Shown here: in pieces, positions 12,093-25,600 of the stretch
Layout: every line of letters begins with the position of its first letter
Position numbering within the stretch: the first letter of the stretch is position 1
NCBI GenBank assembly: GCA_040954595.2
Contig: CM082596.2
Coordinates: 9,008,361 to 9,072,360, forward strand
Direction: 5' to 3'
DNA from: Balanoglossus misakiensis
Taxonomy: Eukaryota; Animalia; Hemichordata
DNA length: 64,000 nt
The notes under the pieces: generated by a model
Seen by the model: the letters and a program-made list of their open reading frames with translations, nothing else
The model's database searches: none
Told to the model about the DNA's origin: nothing
Translations under genes and position numbers: made by a program

Positions 12093-12340
12093 GGCTTGAT
12101 CAAGTGAAGTGCACCGGATCAGAAACCAAGCTTTCTTCTTGCCCTCACAGCAGCTGGGGAACCAATGATTGTAAACACCATGAAGACGTTGGCATATTAT
12201 GTAAAACCACTGGTGTGCATAACATCTAAACTCAACTTGGACATAATCTTTTATTCGGTTGGTATTTTGATGAAGAGGGACACAGACTGAATAGAATAAT
12301 AGAGACATACACAGACGCAGTTAGTCAGAGGTAATATGGG

Positions 12341-12483
12341 CAACCTGATTAAAATCATATGTACATTATGGCGACCTCTTTTACTTGCGCGGTCGGTATT
12401 CTCACGCTGTCACCTAAGTGTGGGGCGACAGCATAAGACTTCCGTACCGCGCAGGTAAGAGACATCCGATTTTAATCAAATTG
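12341..12483. mobile_element. Older hairpin MITE of a related CAA...TTG family
   Basis: caacctgattaaaatc ... gattttaatcaaattg; flanks taatatggg / gaatgtggg (7/9). Confidence 0.65.
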
Positions 12484-15400
12484 GAATGTGGGATACTAGC
12501 AGACGACATCAGGCAATATTTGTAAAACCACCAAATGTTCCATTATTTTCAGAGGAACACGATGTTCGCCTTATCGGGGGCAGTACTATGCTGGAAGGCC
12601 GATTGGAAATAATGCACGATGGGAAATGGGGAACAGTTTGTGATGACGAGTTTGACAGCAAAGACGCGTCAACTGTCTGCAAACAGTCAGGATACAGGTA
12701 CTGTGGTCCAATTCATGTATTTGAGAACGAGGGAGGGAGTGGGAGTAGATTGAAAGAGAGTAAATTGTGGATAATTTTGAATGGGGTCTATAAGACGCGC
12801 GCCCTCACAGAAAGCTGTACATTATCAAGTAGGCATACATGCTCTTTAATTTTTGAAACAATTGGATGACCTTTCGGAGCGTCGTTTAGTCTTCAGCAGC
12901 TATTTTTTGTAGGTCACCGATTGTTTTTCCCGCGTCAAGGTCGTATTTCTTTCTCATTTTGATTTTTTATCACTAAGTCTTTTTTATCTTGTACATCGAC
13001 GAGCATTGTGTAATAATTCTCAAAAAATGTTTATTCGCAAATATTCTGTATTCTTTTCTATTTCCGACGACAAAACATAAAGTGGTGGAACGGTTAAAGA
13101 TACAGCCGTCTACGGTGAGGGCGATGGGACAATATATCGTTGGACGACGTTGAATGCATCGATGAAGAAACCAATCTGGCTGACTGTGAACACGCTGGGT
13201 GGGGACGACATGACTGTGAGCACAGTGAGGATGTGGGCGTTGCGTGCGCAGCTCCGGACCCGTGAGGTGACGTCACGACCTTCTGCTGCTGCTTTATTCA
13301 TATTGCCAGTCACCTACACCTCTTCGAGGGCTCCAGTGTCAAACAGTGTCGTGTTACCACAAACGAGCGGACACCAGAGCAGCACGTGTGGTTCCCGGTT
13401 TTTTTTTCAACCATGCAAGTCTCATATTCATAAATCAGGTCAAAAGACTGGGAGCCGGCCTGTAACAGTGTGTCAATCGACACGAAGTAAAATAGCTGGG
13501 GCAGTGCTTGGCACATAATTCGGTCTGTATTCCACTCGCAGATCGGCTACCTTTATCACACTTGCCCCTAGACACACGAATGACACTGAAACTCATTTTT
13601 TCTTCTTTCCGGCCTGGTCGGAACCGCCCAATCTGGCGTCACTACAAGGGAACGGGCATGACCACAGACTTTCCAAAAGAAACAACTATAAAGGAATGAT
13701 AAACATACTCATGTATAATCACTTGAGGAATATTAAATCGTAGCAATTTCTTGATATCCCCATTGATTACTTTAGATTGTTAACCAGTTAAAGATACCTA
13801 AACATTCAAGTTGTTTTGTTATCTTTTTCGATATTATACGGAAGTTATTCTGAAAAACAAATAAAACAAGCATGGAAAATGTGACTGGTGTTTTTGCCTT
13901 CAAAATAACCCTGCATGGCGGCAAAAATTGGCAACATTTTCCGTGTATGCCAAAATGTTTAATTCCGAAACCGTAAATTTAGCGTGCTAAAGATTAAATG
14001 ACAATCGGTGCAACTTTAATAGTTACGTGTCATTCGAAGAAGTTACTGATGTATCGGTGGAACAGAAATCGGCCTATGTGACGCAGACTTTCACACAGAC
14101 AGACTGGGTAACACACGCCAGGCTTATGTATATGTTAGTATCATGAATATTGAGTCATCCATTCTTGTTTCGCCATTTCCATAGACGTTTTAGCAAAAGA
14201 CTTCCTTTGGTGATATATAGAGGGGATTGAGCCAAACCCCCCCCCCCCCCGCCCCAAATTAACAAAATCTATACAAGGAGAATACCATATTAATTTGGAG
14301 TATAGTAACCAATAGGTTTTCTTATCCTTTTACCTGCCAGGATTTTAGAAAAAGCCTCTTTTCTTGTTTTGACGAAACGCCAACGTGAAAGTCCACTGTG
14401 AATTTCGTTTGATTATTTCCCGACGCTGTCTAAACGACCACGTTTCAACAGAAACTGCTGTAGATGTGAGTTTGGGTTGTATATGAGTTCGTATCATTAT
14501 CAGAATTAACCTGATGTACACCATAGTACAGGGTCCTTGTGCCGAGTTTATAGACAGGGATCAAGCCGTCGCTTTGTATCGAACATTCCATTATGAGTCA
14601 AAGTATTATTCATACAGAATGTGGTCAAAATACATATGCTTTTACAACCATTACTGACCTCCAGCCCGAAATTAATACGGATAAAGCATCTAAAGGAAAT
14701 TGAATATCTTTTGATAGATAATTCTACCCATTAGAAACCTTCACAATTTTCAAATTATCTGCTTTTAGAGATTTCATTGAAATTTATACTTGCCACTATT
14801 ATGGTAATTTTCTAGAGTGCCTTCTTATTATATTCCTTCTTTTCTGTAGCAAATATCCTATGATTGATGACGTCAAGGTTTCAACAATATCACATCTCCT
14901 GTTAATAGTTGCTTGAAGTAAACATTTACAATATCACGTGACCACTCGTATATATTAAGCCATAGATGTTATCGATGGCGATATTCACATCGACATACCG
15001 GTAATAAGTGCAGAAGATTTACACATTAACACCTGTTAACAAAGGTGACTAATATTGTTACAGATATAGATATGGTTATTAACGGTACAATACACGTGAC
15101 CGTTCGCACAAGTTTTGCCATAGATGTTATCGATGGAGATATTCATGCTGATATACCGATGGTAGGCCTAATTGTAAAAAAATTGCACAACAGGTTCAGC
15201 TAAAAGGTCCGCGTTTGGGCATTTACATCCGACGTAAATTGAACAACAACAACAACAACAAACAGCTCCGGTATTTACAAACCACAGATTATAAAGAAAG
15301 CGAAAGTGTTCCTAAACAGTGTCAATATTCACACAACTGAAATAAATGTATTTTATTAATCACCGATGTTGCGCTTTGGCGCCCTGGCATCCACCGCAAT

Positions 15401-15625
15401 AACTTTTCCTGAGGCAAGACAATGATGTCCGTGCTAGTTTCCATTGAGAGCACACTTTCCAGTCGCAAATGGTCATTTCGATTAAAGGGGTCGTGTCTGT
15501 GGTGGTCTTTAAGATTTGAGGCACCTAAACCAAGTATTATGCAAATAATGCTTTGTCCCACAAAACGAACGAACGTGCGTGCGTGCGTAGTGATATGTTC
15601 ATACAAACTGCCTACAAGTGGTCTT

Positions 15626-16706
15626 CACGGGTCGTGTGGCGACTTAGCTGCGATGTGGTCGACGTGTGCGGGAATACACCGTCGTTTGTGTTCGGGCTGA
15701 CTTGGGTTATTATTTTGACGGCGCAAGACTTTTCTCAGGGCTCACCTCATTACCGTCGATCTCAGCGTGTATACCACCGGGTTGATCGCGCTGCCCATAA
15801 AACCCACTGAGTAAAAAAAATGGATTTGGAATGGGTCTCTGCCTCTGTACTTGGTCGTGACCAGATTCAAAAAGTATGAAATCGTAAACGGCATGTACAG
15901 TATGACGAAGGCCACGACGATGATCACGCAAATGCGAGTGGTCGCAATGTTTCGGCCGCTGTAACTTGCGCCGTCGGAGTGGGCGTGGACAGTCGCGACG
16001 GCTTGCTTAGTCAAGCAATAAATCTTCAGGTACGACACTGTGATGACGAAACTCCCGACAAGGATCAGAACTGGGAGGACGCCCGACACGCTCTGTTCGA
16101 CGGCCCCTTCCCGGGCGTAGAAGCGCAGGCAGGTCCTGGCCGAGCCCTGGGCGATGGTTTACTAGCCGTACCCGAGTCCGAACGAGCAACTGGCGGCGAT
16201 GCAACCGGCCACCAAACACGACTGGCGGCGCGCTGAAAGATTGCCGGCGATAACAACAGCCCGCGTCACGCTTATCGTTATCAGGCTCGCCAGAGATGCC
16301 GCTATGGAGGCGTTGAATCCGAACAGCTGGACGTTGCACAGCACGCCGGTCAAAGAAGAGCAAATCTGGTAGGAGCCTCTCAGTGCACTCACAGTGGAAT
16401 GCAAGCGAACGGGGGCAAATATGACGCAGACCAGGAGGTCCACGACTGCCTGGGAAACAAGCTGATATTCGGGGGAATCCGCAGCTTCTTGCAAGTACAC
16501 ACCAACGCGATCACCACGGAGTTGCCGACCCCGCCTATGATTAATGTCGTGAGTAGGATAACTACACTGGCATACAGGAGAAATTTGTCCACCAGTCCAT
16601 CGACGTTAAAGAACGGCGTGCCGCTGTCATCGATTATCACGATGGAGGCATTTGACAGCTTTCCGAAGTCGTCACAGTCCGACGATATCGATAGGTTTGA
16701 ATTCAT
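15626..16706 (-). pseudogene. Intronless rhodopsin-like (class A) GPCR pseudogene
   Basis: TM1 GGVGNSVVI, TM2 SQAVVDLLV, TM3 SLASLITISVTR, TM5 SYLKIY, TM6 FVILYMPF, TM7 SAINPVVY, spread over three ORF pieces; frameshift near 16460 and stops at 16162 and 15742. Confidence 0.85.
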
Positions 16707-17082
16707 CGCGCGGACTTATAGTGTGTGTGAGTCCACGTACGTCTGGTGCATGGCAGGTGCGTGCTTGCCAAGTTCCGTCAATCAATACTTCCACGAAATG
16801 CGCGAAATCTCCCGTTCTGAAGTTTTTTGAGGCATTGATTGCACAAGGCAACTGGACGCACACCGAACAGTTATCACGAGTTGCACTTCGAGTTGTCCGT
16901 CAAGTTGCCTGCCGAGTTGCCTCGTTTTAGTGAGGACGTAGACTGAGAATAAAGATGACACGCCCACATCTTACACACCGTGTGGTGTCCAATGGGTGGG
17001 TGTAATTTCTCACATTTTTGCGAGAACTGCGCAAAATCGTAACGCGCGTCAAACAGATTTTTCAGCCATAAAAAAAATAGCG

Positions 17083-18671
17083 TCAAGGACACTGTGGTCC
17101 CATTTGAGGATTATGCGGAAACAGTGACACACCAGAATAAAAATTACAGGTGACATTGCAAGCAGATCTGCAAGCAGCAATATCGGGCCCAAGCCAACAT
17201 AGCACATAGCAACATAGCAATAAGCATATCTGCTCTGGATGCCAAGATATGGAAAAGTAGGTCAAAGGTCACTTGAGGTTATGCAAAATTTGGGCAAGAA
17301 ATTTTGACCCTATACTGGTCCATGTTCAACAAAAACCAAACCTATAGCCCTATTGGTTAGCCTGGAATTAGGTATGCACATAATTAATGAGATATGCAGG
17401 TGTCACAGGTGACCCCAAATTTTGGCTTTTCAATTTTAGTCCCAACCCTCCAAACGCCAAGTCTGTACCTGCTCTGGATGCCAAGATATGATAAAGTAGG
17501 TCAAAGGTCACCTGAGGTCATGCAAAATTTGGGCAAGAAATTTTGACCCTATACTGGTCCAGGTTCAACAAATACAAAACCTATAGCCCTATTGGTTAGC
17601 CTGGAATTAGGTATGCACATAATTAATGAGATATGCAGGTGTCACAGGTGACCCCCAATTTTGGCTTTTCAATTTTAGTCCCAACCCTCCAAACGCCAAG
17701 TCTGTACCTGCTCTGGATGCCAAGATATGATAAAGTAGGTCAAAGGTCACCTGAGGTCATGCAAAATTTGGGCAAGAAATTTTGACCCTATACTGGTCCA
17801 TGTTCAACAAAAACCAAACCTATAGCCCTATTGGTTAGCCTGGAATTAGGTATGCACATAATAAATGGGATATGCAGGTGTCACAGGTGACCAATATTTT
17901 GGCTTTTCAATTATAGTCCCAACCCTCCAAACGCCAAGTCTGTACCTGCTCTGGATGCCGGGATATGGGAAAGTAGGTCAAAGGTCACCTGAGGTCACCC
18001 AAAATTTGGGCAAGAAATGTTGACCCTATACTGGTCCATGTCCCACAAGAACGAAACCTCTAGCCCTCTTAGTTAGCCCAGAATTAGGTATGCACATAAT
18101 TAATGTGTTAAGCAGGTGTTACAGGTGAGCCCAAAATTTTGCCTTGTATTTTGGCCCCATTGTGCTCACTGACCAATAGACTTCACTGTACAGGACTATT
18201 GCACAGACCAGAATTCCACGATAAGACGTGGACATAGCTTAACCATAGAGGTATAAGTAAAGGTATAAATTTAATAAAAAGACTAACAAATTCATAAAAA
18301 ATAAAACATCGATGATATTAACTTAACACTTACAGGTCGATGTGAGGTTGACATATGGTACATGCATACCAATTTTTAAAGCAATCTGACGAGTAGTTGT
18401 TGACTTACAGAGTTTTGATAAATTTCACATTTTTCCAGCTAATTTGCATATTTTTGGGCCTGGCAACTTCGTTTGGACAAACTCTCATCTACAGCCCAGC
18501 CTTCACCTACACACCAAATATTGAGGTGATACGCGCAGCGGTTTTCAAGTTTTTGATGTGGACGGACATACAGACATACATCCATCCATACATCCATACA
18601 TCCATACATACATACAGACGCAACCGATCCCATAAGGTCCCATGGTATATATGCCTATACCAATGGGACCT
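17083..18671 (+). mobile_element. Helentron/DINE-like non-autonomous element with four about 239-bp internal tandem units
   Basis: Units start at 17231, 17470, 17709, 17947 (tgctctggatgcc...aggtcaaaggtca); CATA/CATC microsatellite 18567-18617; terminal palindrome aggtcccat...atgggacct then an A-run. 5' boundary approximate. Confidence 0.65.
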
Positions 18672-21374
18672 AAAAACAGTCCACACACGAAATAGTCCGT
18701 TCAGAGTGTATTTTCCTGTTAAGAAATGTTGCATAAACGTCGACTACAACGATCGAACACTAAAATCTAATAAAAATACAATCATAAAATCAAAGCAGGG
18801 AAACTATATATAATTTATGACTTTCTGCATTGTTTTGGTAACCGGTGAAGGTACTCTATACATTTGTATTGGAAGTCATAATCGAAAACTTCGTGTGATC
18901 TCTTTCCATGACCAAGAAGCCTGTTTTATAAGAGTATCAAACCAAACTGTACGCGCCATCCCATATAGATACTCGAGAAGACACTAGAGTGTCTATAGCT
19001 GCGTAAGGCGACTTCACTTCGGTTCATTGCGGGTTTTTCATCTCAATATCAACAGGTCGGCGATCGGACGTCTATTCCCTTTCAAAGCGGACACCTTTCG
19101 GCAATTTCAGAGATCTGGTTATGAAAAAAATTCTGATTGTTGTTGAAATGCCACCTACCTAATTGACACGTGTAGTGTGTCTTAAAGTTCAAAGCGTTCG
19201 CCCCGTACAACTGCTTAATCATGACGTCTGGCCAGGAGGCGTTATGGAATCGTAAATTTTACCAACAACGAAAATGGCGACATGGATCTTCGTATTGCTT
19301 CATGCAACTGCCGTTCTGTCAAGAACCCATCACCCAATGCACTTCGTGATCTCTATGAAAGTCATAACATACTAGCATGCTTGTTACGAGAACATTTTTG
19401 CTGACAGATGATAACATATTATTCTTACATGATGAGATCGGGTCCAATAATCATTATCATTCAAGGTAATCTAATTACCAGGTCCAAGGAATAAATCAGA
19501 GAAAAAATGACAATTTCAAAAGGATCGCTTAGAACCACTGCTAAGTACTAGTGCCAGGTGTCCAGAATGGGTAAGTGTTCCCTGCTAGCATGCTACACTC
19601 GTCAAGACTGACAAATTCAAGTGAAATTTGGCTTAACTACCAAATCAATGTTGCAAGTCACTCGTCATTCGAGTAACAGACGTGTCATATTTGGAAACAA
19701 CATCACTATGTCTACCATACAACTTCTTAAATGATCGAACCATTCCGGTTTTGCAAATTCCTTGTTTCACTGGCTCATTTCACTATACAGGGTGCATTTA
19801 CATAAATGAAAAAGACAACGCTGACATTGAAACGGTTTTTCAATCAGGCAAAACGATCGAAGAAGGCCTTCCTGCCGTAGGCACTGAAGTGTCTCCTCGA
19901 GTATCTATATTTGCATGACGTACAGTTTGATTTGAATGTCTTGTAAAATAGAGTTCTTGGTCGTAGAATGAAACCTTTATATTGCTGATAGCAATTTATG
20001 ACTTCCAAGATTGTTTTTCTTTTCTTGCGTACAATCTTTCGTTCACTGCTTCAAACCAATCTCAATGATAGGTCGGTGACGCATTTTCCCCTTCAAAGTG
20101 GACACGTCTCGGCAATTTCACTTTCAGAGACGACACCTAGTTACGAAACACTTTTTATTTTTTGAACTGCCATCTTGCCACTTACCATTGACACGTCAGT
20201 CAGTGGTCGCCAGGTTCCAAAGACAAGAGTCGCGGATTTACTAACTGCTCGTCGCCAGAATCACTCTTTGTCGACGCTGCCATTGTCGAGACAAGGGTCG
20301 TTGTGGCTGTTGTGCATGGGCGTGATACACTTGTGTACATGTATTACATGTACAAACCAAACACTGATTCAAAACTGTTAACCTTTTAGAAACAAAAGTC
20401 CATGCACACTGATTGGAATATTAACGTCAAGGTCAAGGGTTATTCAAAGGTACCGACTTCCTTTATGAGCCTCTTCAATGTTCAGTTTCAACTCATTAAT
20501 ATTTCGACAAGAGTGAGTGGACTCTCCAGCATATCACAATAGACCACATGATAACCATTACAGATTACCATTGTTGTCCAGAATGCAGACTCCCGTGTTT
20601 TTTTTTCGCTACGTGTGGAACATAGCGAAAAACAGAGGAGTCTGGTTTCTAGAGAAGTACCATTGGTACGTACATTGTATATCCACTTATCATTTCAGAA
20701 CATCCACAAATATCAAGAATTTTGTGATGAATGTGTTTTATGCAACATCAAAAAACGTACGTCTCAAAAGTTAGCTCATATTTTGTGAAGGGCAAATGAT
20801 TTCATTCTGCGCCCCAAAGCAGTTGTGTTCGACGCGATTGCGCAGCTCCTGTTTTCTGGAACGGTCGTCTTCCATTTATATGCAGGTATCAGCTGTTCCC
20901 ATTTATAAGTATTCGCCGTTCCCTTCAACCCGCCTTCTCATTTTTGCTCAAGGTAACTTAAGATTATTCTCTCTCAAAATTTAGAATAAAAACTCTGACC
21001 CCCAGGGTTCTCCCCAGCCTGACTTGAGTGCTGGCTACTCATTAAAGCGCGTAGCTCGTCTCACGCGCATGCGCGTAACTTCCCAACAAATTTTCCTTTC
21101 GATGCATTCAAATAGTGGACTGCCTTCGCTTGCTTCCATATTTCATGCGCACCGTATAAGTAGATTCTGGTTTTGTCCCTCCTTTTCACCCAAGCTAGTG
21201 TCTTTTTCTCCAACACAGCTTATGATCGCCGCCATCTTGTGTGAGCACTGCCTTATGGGATTGACTGTTCACTAAACGTCTGTAACCAGCGGCTACAGTT
21301 GGAATATGCGTGAGAGACGAGCTACGCGCTTTAATATTCATGTACATCAATATTCATACTATTAAAATTGTTTG

Positions 21375-21673
21375 TGTGACGGAACGGTCGGTCACCATGG
21401 TGATATAACTTTTGATTGACGGGGCCGTCTGCCTCCACGTGGTAGACATGCATCTCTTTGATATACTCAGCATTTGTAGGTCGAGCACATTATATTCGAA
21501 ATAGGTCTCGACATGCGACATTACGTCATGTTCTAGATGAAAAGGACCCACATTTCGTGTCAGCTATTATTAATTACTACCAGAAATGGCGCGAAATATG
21601 CAAATCAAAAGTTGGTAATTAGCCTAGTTTTGAGGGTTTTCAGTCAGAGTGGACCAAGACTTCGTTAGAGACA
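21375..21673 (+). repeat. 5' LTR (3'-truncated)
   Basis: Matches 28304-28607 with 2 substitutions and one 5-bp indel, then jumps directly into gag codons. Confidence 0.92.
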
Positions 21674-22562
21674 ATGGAGAGATTACTTAAAGCATTTTGA
21701 GTCATGTGCAACAATCAACAGGTGGGAGGACAACCAAAAGGCACAGTTTCTGGCAGCATCACTACGTGGATCAGCCCAGAAAGTTCTAACACGGGTCCCT
21801 AACATCACCGCAGTTGAGTATAGCACTTTGGTCAAGTTATTAGACCAGCGATATGGGACGTCAGGTCAAGCTGAAAAGTATCTATGGCAATTACGGTGTC
21901 GTAAGAAACGAAGAGACGAATCCATACCCGACTTGGGGCAGGCAATACAGGAACTTACTGAGCTAGCGTATCCCGAACTACCGGCCGAAGCTGTAGATCG
22001 ACTGGCTCGTCAGTATTTTACTGAAGCCATCCCTGATCCGGATATTCGGATGGATTTGCACCGAGAGCGGCCTCGAAGCATGGATGAAGCTATACGGACG
22101 GCAGTCTCCATCGAAGCCTACATCCAAGCAGAAGCAGAAAAGTCTGGGCAAAAGCGACGATATACACGCCACATCGGGTTTGAAGATAATGAAAACGACG
22201 CTGGGTTGACTGGCATGGAAACACCCCAAGACTTAAGTACAATTCCAACCCTCATAGCTGCTATGCAAAAACTACAGCTACAAATGGGTGGAGAACAGAA
22301 AAAGCGAGAAGAAAGGAGTAGCCGACATTGCCCTCATAACCAATCGTCGGGAAACGACAACAGACTGGGCATGTGGGCCAATTCCCAGTCTACGAACAAC
22401 CAAGGGTCCAACAACCCATCCGCCATCACCAACTAGCACAACCCACGAGTGACACAACCACCACCAAGCAATGGTGGCACCAAATACAGCCAGTGAACAG
22501 CAAATGTCAGACAGGGGAGACACTTCGTGTTCCTTTCCCACCTAACCAACAGCAAGGGAAAC
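21674..22562 (+). pseudogene. gag: Gag (N-truncated, premature stop at 22434-22436)
   Basis: WRDYLKHFESCATINRW...LAASLRGSAQ...LLDQRYG...LTELAYPE...RPRSMDEAI; ends at the slippery heptamer GGGAAAC. Confidence 0.85.
22556..22562 (+). promoter_or_regulatory. -1 ribosomal frameshift slippery heptamer G GGA AAC
   Basis: X XXY YYZ pattern in the gag phase; a -1 shift gives the pol frame, which here has a TAA at 22565 (probably mutational). Confidence 0.6.
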
Positions 22563-22609
22563 CGTAAGGTAAGGTACGGGACAACGCGAACGCCTTCTAC
22601 CCTGCACGC

Positions 22610-25600
22610 GTGGTCAACCAAGGGCCATTGCCCGCTGGCAGGACTGTGACGCCGAAGCCTGATAGTAACATAAAATCAGACTTTGACAAAACTGACCCAC
22701 CACATCAGGTTAATGCCGATTTACTATCAACACACACTGCAGCTGACGATACAACATTGCAACCAGCGAAATCAGCCTTCTATGTCTCAGCAGTGATTCA
22801 TGAGAAGCCAGTGGTCTCTTTCATCGACTGTGGTTCGGAAATAACCGTAATCTCCGATCGGATCTACAAAGCTATGGCTCCACGCAGCCGCCCTCAGCTA
22901 CTTCCCATCACGATAGATGCTGTACAGGCGGACGGGGTCACACCACTCACTGCCAGAGGAGAAGCCGACTTCGTCATCAGAGTCGGCCCAAATAGTACTA
23001 CTATAAGAGCGATTGTTGCCGACATTAAGGAGGATGTATTGCTAGGCAATGATTACATCCTGACAGCCCCGGCCGAAATCCGTACTCACTCATTGACATT
23101 AGGGTTCCACGAGGGAAGCGTTCCACTGCTCGACAGAAGAGGTGGCCACTTGTGCGCTCGGGTAATTGCAACAAGAGACACCGCAGTGCCGGCTGGCCAT
23201 GAACTGCTCGTCACTTGCAAATTGTCCAGGCCACTTGGTCCAGCTCGGCTCGGACTGGTGGAACCAACCACACAAAGTAAACTTTCAACTGTGGGGGTCA
23301 TGGTTGGCAGAGTACTAATTGATGTCCGCCACAAACATGTGCCAGTCCGCATTATGAATGTTGGCCCGAATGCTCAAACCATTCTGAGGGGAACAGCGAT
23401 TGCTTTAGCCACCACTGTCGACATAAGCGAACCACCACGACATGTCAACAACCTCTGCCCTTCCGAATATCAAGCAACAGATGAACCCGTCAGTGCGGTG
23501 CCTACACATCTGCAACCCTTGCTAGACGAGAGTATTGCTTCTGTTGGCAGAGACCATGTCAAGAAGTTGTCCGATTTTCTTAACCGATGGCAAGGCGTAT
23601 TTTCCTGCGACAAAAATGATGTTGGTCGCACCAACGTAACCCAGCATAGCATCTACACAGGGGATCACCCACCGATCCGACAGCAACCTAGACGCCAGTC
23701 GACATGGGCCCGTAATGAAACGGCGAAGCTTGTCGACGAGATGTTGGAAAAGGGGGTGATTGAACCAACCGACAGTCCCTGGGCTGCACCAGTGGTTCTT
23801 GTGAAAAAGAAAGACAACAGTACCAGGTTCTGTGTGGACTACCGCCGGCTGAATGACATAACCAGGAAAGATGCCTATGCCATTCCCCGGATAGAGGACA
23901 GCATCAATGCTCTTTCTGGTGCAAGATGGTCCAGCACGTTAGACTTGACGAGCGGGTACTGGCAGGTTGAACTAGATGATCAAGCAAAAGAAAAGTCAGC
24001 CTTCACTACCTGGGGTGGGCTCTTCCAATGGAAGGTCATGCCTTTTGGCCTGTGCAATGCACCAGCGACATTCCAACGACTTATGGAACGTGTGCTGTCC
24101 GGACTTCAGTGGGACATCCTGATTCTCTATTTGGACGACATAATTGTGTATTCCTGTACAGTAGACCAGATGCTACAACGATTAGAGACGGTCTTTCATC
24201 GCCTACGCAGGGCAGGCCTGAAGCTCAAGCCCAGCAAATGTCACCTCTTTCAGCACCAAGTTGAATATTTGGGACATACAGTGTCGGAACAAGGCATCGA
24301 AACCAGCCCAGACAAGATAAAAGCTGTCAGTGACTGGCCTCCTCCAACCAACGTGCATGAGGTGCGTGGATTTCTCGGCTTAGCATCCTACTATCGCCGT
24401 TTTGTGCCCAACTTCTCCACAGTGTCCAAACCACTGACTCAGTTGACAGAGAAGGGCAGACATTTCGAGTGGGACAGCGAGTGTGACTTGGCTTTTGAGA
24501 CCTTGAAACAGAATTTGACTAACGCCCCTATACTAGCCTACCCTTTACCCGGAGCACCCATAATACTTGATACAGACGCCAGTTTTTATGGTGTAGGTGC
24601 AGTTTTATCACAGATCCAAGATGGTATGGAGCGAGTGATATGCTATGCCAGTAGAAGCCTCTCAAAGCCAGAACGGAATTATTGTGTAACACGCAAAGAG
24701 TTACTGGCTGTTGTCCACTTTGTCAAACACTTTAAGCCGTACCTGTATGGTCAGCACTTCACCCTCAGGACAGACCACAGTTCTTTGAGGTGGCTATTAA
24801 ACTTCAACGAACCGGAGGGACAGCTCGCTCGGTGGATGCAAGTGCTCGGTGAATACGACTTCACAATTGATCACCGTCCAGGAAAGAAGCATACGAATGC
24901 AGACAGCCTATCCAGACGCCCTTGTCAGCAGTGTGGACTGAAGCATGGTTCACAGACTGGTACAAGTGGCTACTTGAATAGCTGTGCATCTACCGAAACC
25001 CCCAACAGTACATCGACAAGTCGTCAGATGGAAACAACCATTGATGCAGGAACCCAGACTTATGCAGACGACATGACTTTACCAAAATCACCCGATGAAA
25101 CAGCAGATTCCACACAAGCGTCGACACGAGGTAATGCGATGGTCACCCGGCAAAGAACAACTGAGCATCTGATCAAAACGGTGACTTTCAAACCGAGCTG
25201 GGACTCTGCCTTCCTTAGACAAGAACAACTCAACGATCCTAACATCCGCCCCGTCTTGACAACACTCGAACAAGACGGTGGTAAACCAGATTGGAAGACA
25301 GTGTCATCTTGGTCTCCAGCCACTAAAGCATATTGGAATATGTGGGATCAGCTGCGGCTACGCAATGGTGTTTGTATCGTAATTGGGAAGGTACAAGCAT
25401 CAGTGATAGTCATCTACTGCTCATACTTCCCACCTCACTAAAACCGGATGTTTTTGAAGAACTTCACTCTTCGAAAACTGCAGGCCACTTTGGTGTCTTC
25501 AAAACCCGTGAGAAAGTCCGCCAGCGATACTACTGGTATGGACTATCTGCCGACCTCAGATCCATGGTCTGACAGTGCAACACATGGAAAGCCGGTGGTC

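Larger units (their letters stand above)
11106..13265 (+). pseudogene. Scavenger receptor cysteine-rich (SRCR) gene remnant, two SRCR domains each split over two exons
   Basis: Exons about 11106-11251 (RLVNG..HEGRLEIFHNAQWGSVCDDDF...VVCQQLGY), 11918-12212 (IWLDQVKCTGSE..LSSC.HSSWG..DC.HHEDVGILC), 12553-12697, 13083-13265. Frameshifts near 11120 and 13135, plus a MITE inside exon 2. Confidence 0.85.

Noticed and set aside
18900-21300. Gene or element in the 19-21 kb interval
   Set aside because: Only weak degenerate duplications (about 19054 vs 20070) and a small hairpin (about 20585-20645); no supportable call.
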